This document shows positions 11,321 through 23,537 of a DNA stretch of 63,146 nucleotides, piece after piece. Numbering within the stretch: position 1 is the first letter of the stretch; every line of letters begins with the position of its first letter. Source of the stretch: Octopus sinensis (lineage: Eukaryota); NCBI RefSeq assembly GCF_006345805.1, contig NW_021831867.1, forward strand, positions 1 through 63,146, given 5' to 3'. A program made the position numbers and the translations under genes. The notes below the pieces were generated by a model. The model made no database searches, was not told where the DNA came from, and saw nothing but the letters and a program-made list of their open reading frames with translations.

Positions 11321-12479
11321 AGATAATATTCAAGTTGGTATTGAATTAAATAGGACCGGTCTTTGTTTGCAAGAAAGCGGAGTTTATGTTCATAATGAAT
11401 ATTGTATGGCTCCATTCTCGACAATTTCAAATGCATAGTTTGCGTTAATCTAGATTATATATCCCGTATTGAATACGTGAAATTTGCATGGTAGTAAGTC
11501 AAATTAAGTGTGCTTTAGTTCTGGATACTACTTTTATTCCCTAATCATTATAATTAGTGTTTTCTCATGCTCAGTTATTGGGGAGAAACTTACTTTTTTG
11601 AGAGTGGTATTCTTCAATCTATTTAATTTTGAATTATTCCAAATAATCGAATATGGATTACTTGTTATGTTTAATTGTATATATTAAATGTTGTGTAATT
11701 TAGATTTGAAAGTGTATTAATAATCATTTACATCTCTCAATTTAAATTATATTTATTGTTTTATTCAAATTATTTACATTGTCTGAGAATACAGTGGATA
11801 CAATCCAAACAAATCAATTCTAGATAAGTACCACTCAATTGTCTACTTAATCTATTAAATTTCTTCCCCCAAAATGTATATTATTTAATTCTACTGAGAC
11901 ATGACACAAATGACAGCGACCGAGATATTCACAAATAAGGCATGTGATTTTTGTTGACATTAAATATCAGGGTGTTTGTTTTAGTGACAGATTTTAAGTA
12001 TTGTGTTTATTTGAATGCCGGTATAAAACCGCATTGACACATACAATGGTTCGTTTAAACTCATTTGTAAATCAGCAGCTGAAAAAAGGTCAGAAAAGTT
12101 ATTTTTTCTACGATGATTTGTAATTGAGATTTATTTCAGCTAAGTATGCTTTTTCAATATTCCTGTTCTTTTATAAAATTGAATTACCAGTTTCAAATGT
12201 TGGCTATAATCCTTTGGGAAAAATCGAAATACAATGTAAAAAATTCACATTCTCAAATGAATGCTGCCTATAAGCCATAAAATGCGTTTTCCTCTCAGGA
12301 TAATTCCCTGAGTATAGTTTTCGCATAGTCATTTCACGCAAACAAACAATTTTTCTAGTTATTTGGTCAACTTGTAATTTCATCAATTTCTTTTCCATAA
12401 GAAAATTGTTCAATACCTTATGAAAGGTAAAATTAAAAATTATTAAATAAAGGGTAAATAAATATTAGGAAATTAAAAT

Positions 12480-13030
12480 CGGAATCTGTTTACGGCTGGG
12501 CATAGAGATTTGGCAGCCCGATCATTGCAGATGTAGACAACTCATCGACAGGATCCCGCTTAACGCCGCTGAATTCCCCTCAATGTTAGAACCGGTAGGA
12601 CTTGACCGTGGGGACGGAAAACGCCCTAATGGGTCGACTTTATTCCCGTTCAGGGAGAGAATGGCATTCGTGTGGAATGTTACCAGACTCATTTTCCTCA
12701 TCACCGTTGATGGACTCCGCTTCTCGTTCTGGATCTGCATCTGCCCTTGCCGAATTTAGAAAAACTGCAAAATATGGCTGTTTGATTGCTGCTTCATCTC
12801 TCTGACTTTCGAGACCAGTGGGATAATTGGACCCCAAGCTTCAAACTCCTCTCAGAGATTGGTTTAATCATCTCGAGGAGGAGTCACAACAGTGGTGAAA
12901 CGAGCTGGTTTTTCAGCGGACATCGTTCTCGATATTACGTTGAAATTGTCTGTCCATCGCTCGGCGACCCATCTAATTTGGTTAACTTCTTAATTTCTCC
13001 CCTGATATAGATTTTAATAAATTTGCTTCT
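12480..13030 (+). mobile_element. CRE-clade (RLE) non-LTR retrotransposon 3' fragment (also about 37050-37600)
   Basis: FPSMLEPVGLDRGDGKRPNGSTLFPF..VWNVT and C-terminal FQRTSFSILR.NCLSIARRPI. Confidence 0.75.
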
Positions 13031-13419
13031 TTTGCTTATTAAATTTAACATTGTAATTTCTGTTCTGATTATTTTGTACTTCAGCTGTTTTTTTGCCAGT
13101 TTCATCACTTAAAAAATGTGAAAGGATACATGTTTGTCAAATTTTCGGTTGAGTACTTTTATTTGTATGTCATTATTGTTTTAATCCAGAAGTTGTTTTT
13201 ATTGTTATAAATTATAAAGTATACAATTCATAGTCGAATAATCACTGGCTAGATTAGATATGTCGACTACGACCTCAGTTGTTTGCCTGAATGTCAGTCC
13301 TTAGAAATGTTGTATAGGATTTGTGTACGAGGGGAAAAATCAAAATTAATATCGAAAGTACAGATAAAAAACATTAGTGAACAATTAAAAGCCAATAATA
13401 TTTGGAAAAAAAAATAATG

Positions 13420-13491
13420 CCCGTGATAGCTCAGTGGTAGAGCGGAGGACTGTAGATCCTTAGGTCCCCGGTTCGAATCCGGGTCGCGGGA
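13420..13491 (+). tRNA. tRNA-Tyr(GUA), intronless
   Basis: 72-nt cloverleaf CCCGTGA..GAGGA-CTGTAGA-TCCTT..CCCGGTTCGAATCCGGG-TCGCGGG-A, followed by a TTTT terminator. Confidence 0.97.
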
Positions 13492-13544
13492 ATTTTATTT
13501 TACATCATCGATATAATTAAATTTACATTTTTGTTTGTTCTTTT

Positions 13545-14540
13545 TATTTAACCCAAGAATGTGTTAAAAGATTAATCAATGAAAAGGCATACGGCCTGAC
13601 GGATCGCCAAACTGTTCCCCTGGATAACGGCGATCAAGAACCGTTGGAAAAGCCAGTCCACCTTCCGAGGATCGTGAGTGCGCATTGAGATTTTGACCTT
13701 GAGCTTGAGAGAAATTTTTCCGTCTTTGGATCAAGAGCACCCGACGTCTCCACCGCTATCGACAACACGAAAAACTCATCCGAAATGCAGAATATTTGGT
13801 TAGCTTTAAATCTTCAACCTGCTTAGCAGCAGATTTAGCCTCTAGAGCACACAAAGTTAAATGTGAAGCAGAAAAAGTGTCCCAGCAAGTTGCATCCCAT
13901 ACGAAGACTTTTCCGCCCTCAAAAGGAAAAGGGTCATCCCAACAGAACGTTCCCGTCACCGCGGTCAAGACCCGGTGGTTCGAGGACCAAAGGAAATCCC
14001 GCCGAATCAAGGGCCCTCCGTATGATGTCATTCAAAGCAGAGTGTTTTGGAAACCATCCGGCACTCCTCCTGCACGATAAAGGATGCAAACCGAAAGGCT
14101 CAACAGGGCAGCCACAACGATACACGTGCGGGACACATTGCCTTAGCTCGAGGCGCAGAGAGATTCCAATTTTTACCGATTCATCGTCGAGGAGAGCGTT
14201 TGGGAATGCTCGAGCAGCAGATTGAAAGTTTGCTTGCATCCTATTCGATCCCAGTTTCGTTGAGACATTTGATCTTCCGGAAAGTCAAGACCTTGTTTCC
14301 TCCAGACTTTGCTGAAATGAACCACATTTGTGTCCAAGGAAAATCAGAAAAGGAGCGTAGAATTTCCATGACAAGTGTGTGAATCACCAGCAGTTAAAAA
14401 AACATAAACTCTCAGCCACGGCGGCGAATCACGTACAAGTATTGCAATGGATGTTGGGGCAATCAATAAGCGACTGAATGAAGGAAGTAGCCACCACGAG
14501 ACATCAGTGGAACTTGTCAAACACACGAAAGCTGTATCCT
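13545..14540 (-). mobile_element. CRE-clade non-LTR retrotransposon 3' fragment (also about 38125-39110)
   Basis: CCHC finger [61 protein letters not shown] and FQRFLIAVIQGN, which form the RLE domain. Confidence 0.85.
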
Positions 14541-14599
14541 GGCCTATGAATCTGGCAGAAGAGGCGGATCGACAGCAAAGAAGAGATAATGAAGTGGGA

Positions 14600-16146
14600 T
14601 GTGTTCAGCTTGTGAAATATTGAGTGAATATAAGAATGGGGGCCAACGGATATATTGTCCAGGATGAGTTTGGCAATGAAAATGGAGTGTTTGTTGTGGA
14701 GTACTCCTTTGGTGTCGCCACGGACTGTTCCGCCATTTCTATTGTCTTGTGAGCAGTGTTCCCTCTAAGCTGCACGCGTGCGCGGCCGCGCAGCAGTTTG
14801 CACCTTGCTGCGCAGCGAAATTTTTTTCTGCGCAGTAGAAAGTATAATATTAAAAATTGCTATTTTTTTTAATTTTTTTATGAATTTATATATTCTTATT
14901 TTCATTTCAAAACGAAAACGTGTCTATAATATTGATATGAGACTTAAGAAAAATTCTCCTTCTTTTAAGCAGGTTGAAGATGAAATGATCCGATTGCAAA
15001 ATATTGCTTAAAACAACTTCAAAATCCTCTTATTCATGTTGCTTTAACTGTCTTAAATGAAATTTTGGCTGAATTAGCAGATTTGTGCACAGTTTTCCAA
15101 GAAGCGTATATCGACCATAGAAGCTGTACAGTTTGCCAGAGCAAAAATTTCGAAGCTGAAATCTCAATATTGGATGGAATGAAATTTACTGGAGTGACAG
15201 TGTGAAGATGTGTTATCAACAACTGGTTATGGAGATACAAATACAGATGAAATCCTATGCTTTATCGAGCATGTTTATCTGCATTTACAAGAAAGATTTC
15301 CAGCTGACGAATTAAGAGAATGGTAGCATTTGACACTCAAGCAATTCAAAATCAGACAACTTTGAATTTGGAAAAGAGGAGAGATAATTAAATTAGCGAA
15401 AAAATATGAAAATTACTCTCTTCAGAAGTCCCACTCATAAAACTGCAGTCGGAATATACAGATCTCAAGTTTATTTTAAAAGAAAAAAATGCACTCTGGT
15501 GCTTTGAAAACATTTGAAGATGTAATTTATAGCGGAGAAAAAATTTTCAGCCACTGCAACATTTGTGGATATTTGTGGCACATTTCAAGCGTCGAGTGCT
15601 GATGCTGAACGTGGATTTAGTTTGATGAACTGTATCAAAACTAAACTACGTAATAGACTTGAGATTGACCATTTGGAGATGATCATGCAAATTAAGTTCT
15701 ATTTAACAAGTGGGAATACAGTGGATCTTGATCGAGTATACAAATTTTGGATACAAAATAAAAACAGAAGAATATCCAATTGACTAGACCTATTTTTTAA
15801 CCATTGTTTTTTAATTGTAAAATTTTCCCCCCCCAAAATTTTTTGCATACGTCACTTATAACGCTGCACAATGCAATGTGCCCAGCGCGCATAGCTACCA
15901 CTCGCTTAGAGGGAACACTGCTTGTGAGGCATCTCCTTCACTTCACAGTGAAAAACCGCCAAGTTGAAGAAAGGCCCTAGTCGGTTGAGGTTGTCGGGCT
16001 GCAGAGAGAACAGAGACAATTAATGTGCTTACGAATAGGCCTCTAAGATTTGTATCACCTCCTCTACACATGTAAAATGGGAGATTTTCTTGGTGGGGTC
16101 GACTATTTCCGTCTTGTAGCAGAGATGGTCGTCGACTGTTTTGTAG
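14600..16146 (-). pseudogene. Divergent 14-3-3-like gene, 3' half (interrupted by hAT in this copy; intact counterpart about 39200-39553)
   Basis: YYKTVDDHLCYKTE resembles FYLKMKGDYYRYLAE, PDNLNRLGPFFNLAVFHCEV resembles [20 protein letters not shown], and KHSIFIAKLILDNI resembles KDSTLIMQLLRDNL. One 34-nt GT-AG intron. Confidence 0.7.
14754..15920 (+). mobile_element. Non-autonomous hAT (Tip100-like) element, 1167 bp
   Basis: 16-bp TIR CAGTGTTCCCTCTAAG, 8-bp TSD CTTGTGAG, hATC remnant QASSADAERGFSLMNCIKTKLRNRL. Exact empty site in copy 2 near 39330. Confidence 0.95.
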
Positions 16147-16334
16147 TACAGTCCGACCTCGATTTGGAACAGACCTTGGGCTGGAATACCTCAGTTTTTG
16201 GAACAACCTCAGTTTTTGGAACACTTTGTAGGATCTCTGCCTAGATTCTAGGTTCCAAATCGAGGTTTTCATTTAAAATGACTTTTGGTTAACGGTGGTC
16301 TTTGGAATAAATTTTGATTTGATTTATTCTAGGC

Positions 16335-17760
16335 CAGGGGTGTCAAACTCATTTCGCTTTGAGGGCCGCATTTATAATATTTCTCATTAAGGGAAGATTA
16401 GTTCTGATATTTATTATGATGAATAACCAAAATAAGAGAAACTAAAATTTAGTTTTAGTTAATAATTTAGTTACTAAATTATTCAATTATCGCTTTTTAA
16501 TTTTGGTGAGAGTTGCTTCCAGAGGATTGACAACTTTTTAAGTTTTTAAACTTTCCAGGAAGATATGAAAAGAAAGCAGGTATTCTAACCTCCAAATATT
16601 TAGCTTTAAATATAGAATCTGAGTGGATTAGTTCCATTTGTAAACTTTCATCTGCATTAGAAACATTAAAAGAGAATGGTGATGCGAATAGTAAAAATTG
16701 TTGTTCAAAAGACGAAAAATCATTAAATCTTTCTTGAAATTCCTTTAACAACGATTCCATTTTTAATATCTTTGAGCACAAATATTGCTGATGAATAATA
16801 CAATAAAAATGAGCAAATGATGACCCGGGATAGACCTCATCAAGCGAGTCCCCTCTTGGTCTTCCAGGCTTCAGTATCGGCCTTATTAAGGCCTGTTTCC
16901 ATAAAGCCGGAATTACGTTGTTGTTAATAGAATGGTTGAAGATTGCTGTTAGAAATCTGACACCTTCGACGCCGAATCTTCCACCTCCTTTACCGAGAGG
17001 AGGAGCGGTTCAGCCCGTTTTTTTAGGCTTCTGTTGGAGGGGAGTGAGTCGGATTTCCTGTGATCTTTATGTGCATTTTTCGCATAGAAATTCATGAGGT
17101 TGTTCACGTCTTTTTTATCAAAATCTTCGAAAGGTTCGGGAGCGTCCCCCCTGACCACGTGCCGAATGCCTTTCCACACTTCACCCGTTGAACGATTGCG
17201 GTTCACGGTAGAAAGAATTCGATTCCATTTCAAATAGGTGTGTCTGAGTTCATTGGACTTCAGTTCCTTGTTTAAGTGTCAGAAGACATCGGTTTGACCT
17301 TTTGAGGCGATTTCTCTCCTTGGCCAGACCGGATATCCTTCGACTACAAGCAGCGAGAGGTGGACGTTTAGGAATAGCCATTGCTCTTGCTTCCAGAATG
17401 ATCTTCGAGAAGAAGCCAATGGCTTTGCCGAGAAAGCTAAAGTTGCAAAGATTGCAATTTTTTAGTCTCGTGTTCAATCTTCGTGTTACATATAAAACAA
17501 TGTATTTTTCCATCAACCATTGTGCAAAAATAGAGAAGTTCCCATTTATCTTGAAACACCCTCCGTTCATCTTTCAAGGAGCGTTTCTATTTTATTCCAG
17601 AAGAAGCACGTGACATTAACAAACACGATTTAAAAATACAATTAAAAATTTTAATTAAATGTAAAAAAATAAAAAATAATTTTTTGCATTTTATAGCCAT
17701 TAAATCAGACCTACTTATGTTTGGTAAAGTACGCTGAGGGCCGCATGTTTGACACCCCTG
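16335..17760 (-). mobile_element. hAT Buster/SPIN/Charlie-type element, internally deleted, containing a LINE fragment (copy 2: 39743-41280)
   Basis: TIR CAGGGGTGTCAAAC..GTTTGACACCCCTG and transposase remnant LLKEFQERFNDF..LFASPFSFNV..LQMELI. The flanking 8-mers differ (TTCTAGGC vs GTATAGAA). Confidence 0.8.
16820..17440 (-). mobile_element. Ingi/Vingi-like LINE fragment nested in the hAT element
   Basis: AIPKRPP..LAKERNRLK, KWNRILSTVNRNRSTGEVWKGIR. Copy 2 retains DGSDKIPVILLKNLG..WKQALIRPILKPG. Confidence 0.7.
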
Positions 17761-18014
17761 GTATAGAACAAGTTGTAGACGAATTGTTGGAAAATACGGA
17801 AAGCAGCGATAATGAAGAAATTTTTTACAGTGGTATGCAAAATAAACAGACTACGGTCAAAGAAGTAGTAACAAAAGTGAATGAATTGGAAGAATCAGTT
17901 TTAGACATAGCTCCAATTTTGTTAAATGATTTTTACTGTTTCAGACAAAATTTGTTCAAATCAAAATCAAATCCAAATTTATTCCAAAGACCACCGTTAA
18001 CCAAAAAAAACTAA

Positions 18015-19720
18015 CTAGGTGATCCTGACGAATTTGATCATTGCTCTCAGCTTCGCTCTGTGCTGCTCTCTTGAGCCCACACAAGATTGTTGAGGGCGGA
18101 TCGTTCCTTTATACCATTGATGCCCTTTTGTATTCTTCTCAATGAGAGTTTCGAAAGAGATTGGTGGTTTGATAGCTTCACCTGTATACCACCTTTCGGT
18201 AAGTGTGAAAGCTTCTTTCTGGGTTGCGGAGATTTTACGGATGTTTGTATTCGAAATCAGTGGCCCCCATGAGGCACAAACATATGAGATACATGGTTCG
18301 ATATACTGTGAGTAGAGTGTTTTAAGTATAGGGTGATTTCCCATTTTCCATAGACCAGTTAGGCATTTCAGGAGGTTGATTTTCTTTTCACATTTGTTCA
18401 GCACATTTGTGACATGTTTAGAGAAGTTCATGTGCGTGTCATAAGTTAATCCCAATATCTTTTGCCATTTGCTGAAAGGTAATACTCTTTCCTCCACAAC
18501 AACTTCGATTGAAGTTTTCGATAGTCTTTTGGCTGAGGAGTAGAGAGTTGTGACAGATTTTTCTGTGTTGATCGACATCCGGTTTACGTTAAACCACTCA
18601 ACTAGGTGATCCAGGTTTTGTTGTAATCTTCCTTTTGCTGTTTGGATGTTCTGGTCCCGTGATGCCAATACAATGTCATCTGCATAGGCCAGAAGCAGAT
18701 CGCCATTAGGCGTCGGAATATCGGCCGTAAACAATTTGAATAGGAGAGGTGATAATGGTGAGCCCTGGGGTACACCATTTGGGAATAGACGGGAAATGGA
18801 ACGAATGTTTCCAAAGCATACTTTTCCTCTTCGACCGCTGAGGAAGTTAGTCAACCAGAGCTTGAGGTCTTCAGGGATGTTTGATTGGTAGATTTTCCAT
18901 GCTAGGTTTTTTCTAGGCACAGCGTCGAAGGCTTTGTGGATATCCAGCGAACAAAGTACAGTTTTCTGATGTCTTGGCTTGCACGAAATGCCAGAACGGA
19001 TAAAGTTAGTCAAGGAGCTAAGGAAGCTTGCAGTGGAACAATCTTTTTTGAATCCATGCTGTTAATGATTCTGTGAGGATGAGTTTTTCCAGAGTTTTTG
19101 ACGTGGAACATAATAGGGAAATTGGCCTGAAGGAGGCCGGGTCTTGTTTTGGTTTTCCACTCTTCAAAATTGGGCGGATGTTCGCCAATTTCCAAATCGT
19201 TGGGATTGAGTTGTAGTTAATCGACCAATTGTAGATTTTGTGAGAACACTGATTCCCTCATTCCCTATGTTTTTCAGGAGAATTATAGGAATGCCGTCGG
19301 GACCATGTGAATATGTTACTTTTGTTTGGTGTAGGGATTCCAATACTTCTTTTTCAGTGAAATGAGTTGAATGTTTACTTTTTAGCTTCCTTAGCGGCGG
19401 TTTGGAAGGGGCAGTCTTCATACGATCCTTGTAAGAGATTTTCGCGTAGTATTTTATTAAGGCATTTAGGTCTTTTTGGCTGAATTCGTCGTCTCCAGGT
19501 GTTTCCTCATTAGCCTTCGAGATGTTCCGAATAGATTTCCAGATCTCGGATGTCGACCGATTACGGTTTAGGGACGTAAGTACTTTCCTCCATTTCGCTC
19601 TTTGAGTTTTGAATTTACTAGCTTTTATTTCGTCGTTCAACAGTTTCAAACAGATTTTTGCATCGGGGTTCGGATCCCTACTTTTTTAAGACGATTTCTT
19701 TCCTTGACAAGAGACTTCCT
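18015..19720 (-). mobile_element. Ingi/Vingi/I-like LINE RT region, truncated at both ends (copy 2 about 43225-44920)
   Basis: LDIHKAFDAV, GVPQGSPLSPLLF, YADDIVL and KILGLTYD motifs; frameshifts. Confidence 0.88.
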
Positions 19721-19847
19721 TCCATAGTTACATGTGTTTAGTAGTTTGAAGAAAAATTATGGTTATGGAAAAAGGATCGATGACTATTTTTCAATAAATA
19801 ATAATATTTAAGACTTTTTTGCATTAATTAAATTATTAAATTTATAT

Positions 19848-22800
19848 ATATATGGTTGTTGTGTTGTTGTGCATGTCCGTTTTTATCAATAAGAAGAAAA
19901 CGAATCCCATGGGCCTTTCTGCAGAATCAAATAATAAAAACAGTATAGTGGATGCAGGAGTGTTGTCTCTGGGGCTGGATAACGGCACAAGAACTAATAT
20001 TAACAATAATCCTACAGTTGGAAGTCGTGCTGCACCAACTAACTTTCATTCCCTGTCCGCCATTATTAAGGATGTCAAGTGTGTCTCTGAGACTGAATGG
20101 GTGTCACAGGTGTTCTATGCTATCAAAGAAAGATTTGGAAGGATGCCTAGAGGTGGCTGGGATCTCATTCTGAAAGAGTTCAATGAAAAATACTTAAAGT
20201 GCTCAAGTCTATATCAACTAAAAAAATGGTCAAACCACTAAATGGGAATCAAAATGTAGGGAAAAGAGGCGATTGTAGTGAAGGAAAATCTAACATGAAT
20301 ATTGAAATTTCTAACTTCAAGAATTGCCTAGAAGAACTCAAAGTCCAACTCGAAAGAATCAAATCTATTCCTAGAGAGTCTCGAAAACCTACCCCAAAAA
20401 TCCAAAAAAATAAAGTGAAAACTAATATTCTGTCTGGATTGAATTCTACAATTTATCGTATTACAGAAGATAATCCTCCACAAAATATGGATCAGATTAC
20501 AGACATATTATATGCTGCACAGTGTGCTTATTTGGCATTAACTATAAGACCAAAAACAAAAAGCACATGGTTGGAAAACACAGAAAACAAAATTTCGAAA
20601 TTAGCAGCTGAAATTAAATTAGTGAATTCCTTTTCGAGACAAGCATTACCTCAATCTGAAAAGAAAAATGTAATGGATATTCTTTGCCGCTACGGATATA
20701 AGAAATCTAAGAAGGGAGAGCTAATGAGAATTGAGGCTTTAATGAATGATCTAATCAGAATTAAAGATAAACAAATATCCATTTATAACTCGAGGAAAGA
20801 GTTCCGAAAAGACAATGCGTGCTTCGAATTAAACCGCAGAAGGTTTTACCGAAACTTATCGTCGAATAATGAAGTAACCTTATATGGCTTTGATGATAAT
20901 GAGTGTTTGTTATTCTGGGAGGACGTCTGGAGAAAGAGAAATATGGATCACGTTTCGTATAATTGTGTGGATGTGAGGTCTACCGGTGGTGAAGCTATAG
21001 AACCTCAATTCACAAATGAGTTGGTTAAAGATATGCTCAAATATGTGCCTGATTGGAAGGCGTGCGGATGCGATGGAACATATAACTTTTTCATCAAGAA
21101 AATGGAATCATTACATGAATTCTTGTGTAATGAAGTAATCCGGATAATCAAGGGTGAGTACATGCCCGAGAGTTGGTTTTACACGGGATTAACTTACTTG
21201 ATTCTGAAAAAGGATGATTGTGAGAATCCAAAGGATTTACGTCCTATAACGTGTATGCCAACTTTGTACAAGCTTGTAACGAAGTGTGTGAATGCTAAAC
21301 TCTTTGACTTTGTGGATGGATTTGGGCTGATTTCAGACAATCAACTCGAAACCAGAAAGCAATGTCAGGGTGCGAAAGAGCAAGCATTTATTAATCAATG
21401 CTTGAACAAGGAATATGGAAACAGTCTGTACTCTGCTTGGGTGGATGTAAAGAAAGCCTTTGACTCGGTTGATCACCAATTTTTATTTCACATAATGGAC
21501 AGCTCTGGAATTCCACTCTGGATTATTAACTTTGTGAAAAGTATAGTCAAGAAGTGGAAAGTAAATCTACACCTTGATGAAGAAAAATTGGTTCAATAAA
21601 GCTAACTCGAGGAATTTTACAAGAGATTCATTATCCCCATTGCTATTTGTTATGGTAATGGATCCCCTAAGCAGGATCCTGAACTCTAAATTTCCCAAAT
21701 TGCAAATTAATCAGGAGGATCTAAATATGCTGACATATTCTACCAATCACCTATTTTTTATTGACGATCTAAAGATATTTGCTCTCAAAGAAGACACTGT
21801 TATTAAAATGGTGGAAGCTGTTAAAGAATTTTTCGACATTGTTGGCCTGGAGATGAACTCTGAAAAATCGGCCTCTAATGTCAAATCTTTATCATGCTGT
21901 GAGACTTTGGAAGGAATCAATGGATATCGCTATTTGGGAGTATTTGAAGATGGAGGAAGTAATGTCCTCAAGAATAAAGTTATGGATTCAATAATGGAGA
22001 ATGTAAAAAAAATAACTATGTTGTCAAAAACAAAATTGAATTCGGTGAATTTATTCTATGCCATAAATGAATATGCATTGTCCCTATATAATTATTATAT
22101 TGGGCTAATTAATATCGAGCCATATGAATTTGATGACATTGATAAACAAATACGTCGACTGCTCATGACACTCAAGTTACATTTCCAGCCTGCAAATAAA
22201 GAAAGGCTGTATTTAGACCGCAAAACTTTTGGAAGAGGACTTGCCTCCATCTCGTTCAAGAGCGAATTAATACTCATGCAATTTCTTAAAAGCTTGGAAA
22301 GACAGTCGGCTGTGTGTTTGCGAAGGTCGGGGATTCTGCGAGTTATTAAAACAAAGAAATGGCATTTGACTACAATCGCAGGATTTCTTACCTCTAAATA
22401 CGCTATTGCTGACACAGAAAGCATAGATATTAATTTTCTCCAAGACATTCAGAAAAAATATTTGCTAAACAAAATAAAGTCCAAGTACTACACTCTGTTA
22501 TGTTCAAATGCTTGAATGAATCAAATGTCGATCTTTCTACTTCCTCAGAATGGTTAGCCAAAGGAAATAATGGCCCCCGAAGTGAAGCATTATACTGCCT
22601 TCTGCAAGATAGAAATTTGTTTTTTGCAAACACGAGGCCGTTATGCAATCATTGTAAAAAAAGTAAACAAACTGTTGATCATCTGGCCACACAGTGTGGT
22701 AAAATGCTCAATAGCGATTACCTCCGAAGACATGACGAGGTGGTTAAATGTGTCCATCTTCATATTTGTCGAATGTATGGAATCAAAAAGAACAGGAAAT

Positions 22801-23456
22801 TAAAGACTCATTCAGTTCAGTCGATATTGTCAACTCAAAATGTAGAAATTAAAGTTGACACGTCAATTATAACAGAAAATAAAGTCAACTTCAATAAACG
22901 GATATCTTTGTTTATGACAAGATTAAAAAGGAAATAACCTTAATCGAGGTGGGCATAACATCTCAGGACCGCTTAAAACAAGTGGAAGTTGAGAAACTTC
23001 AAAATATGATTTCCTTGCAAATGAACTGTCACTACTCTACGAATGCCAAGTTAAAATTATTCCTGTGGTTCTGACCTGGGATGGTGTTGTCACAAGATGC
23101 TTCAAAAATTATATGGATAAACTATATATTGAAAAATCTACAATGACATACATCCAATCGATTGTGCTCAAAAGGACGCTAGAGAGCATGATAATTGAAC
23201 ACAAGCATGGAATGAAGATAACTGGCGAGGAATATACCTCTGCGACCGATCAACTAGTAGAAATGGCATGCCGCCAGGAATTCATTCAAAGATAAAAGAC
23301 GCACAACAACCGACGCAGAGATAGAGAATGAAGAGGAACAAGCAGCAGACTCTTCTCCTAAAAGGAGAAGAGAGACTATCAATCAGGATTGAAAGTCCTA
23401 ATTAATTAAATATTTTAATCTTAATTAAATTTTGGTTTCGTAAATAAACGTCTTAA
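19848..23456 (+). mobile_element. R4/Dong-like RLE non-LTR retrotransposon, near full length (copy 2: 45050-48655)
   Basis: RT motifs LRPITC, VDVKKAFDSV, GILQGDSLSPLLF and FIDDLK; CCHC finger CNHC..VDHLATQC; RLE KPDI..LIEVGIT..EKL. Candidate 12-bp TSD TTAAATTTATAT at 19836-19847 and 23457-23468. Indels differ between the two copies. Confidence 0.9.
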
Positions 23457-23537
23457 TTAAATTTATATTGATATTAATTTTTTGACAAAACCTCAGTTTT
23501 TGGAACACTTAGTGTTCCAATTCAAGGTCGGACTGTA

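Larger units (their letters stand above)
16149..23535. mobile_element. Composite bounded by pogo-like TIRs, with nested hAT and LINE insertions (copy 2: 39556-48734)
   Basis: TA-CAGTCCGACCTCGATTTGGAAC at the left and GTTCCAATTCAAGGTCGGACTG-TA at the right. The two flanks rejoin into the 14-3-3-like reading frame. Confidence 0.8.

Noticed and set aside
16190-16225. Repeated ACCTCAGTTTTTGGAACA units as a CRISPR-like array
   Set aside because: These are subterminal repeats of the pogo-like end, with no spacers, in a eukaryotic context.
19848-19960. HDV-like ribozyme at the 5' end of the R4-like element
   Set aside because: No P3/L3 motif or P1/P2 nesting could be built.
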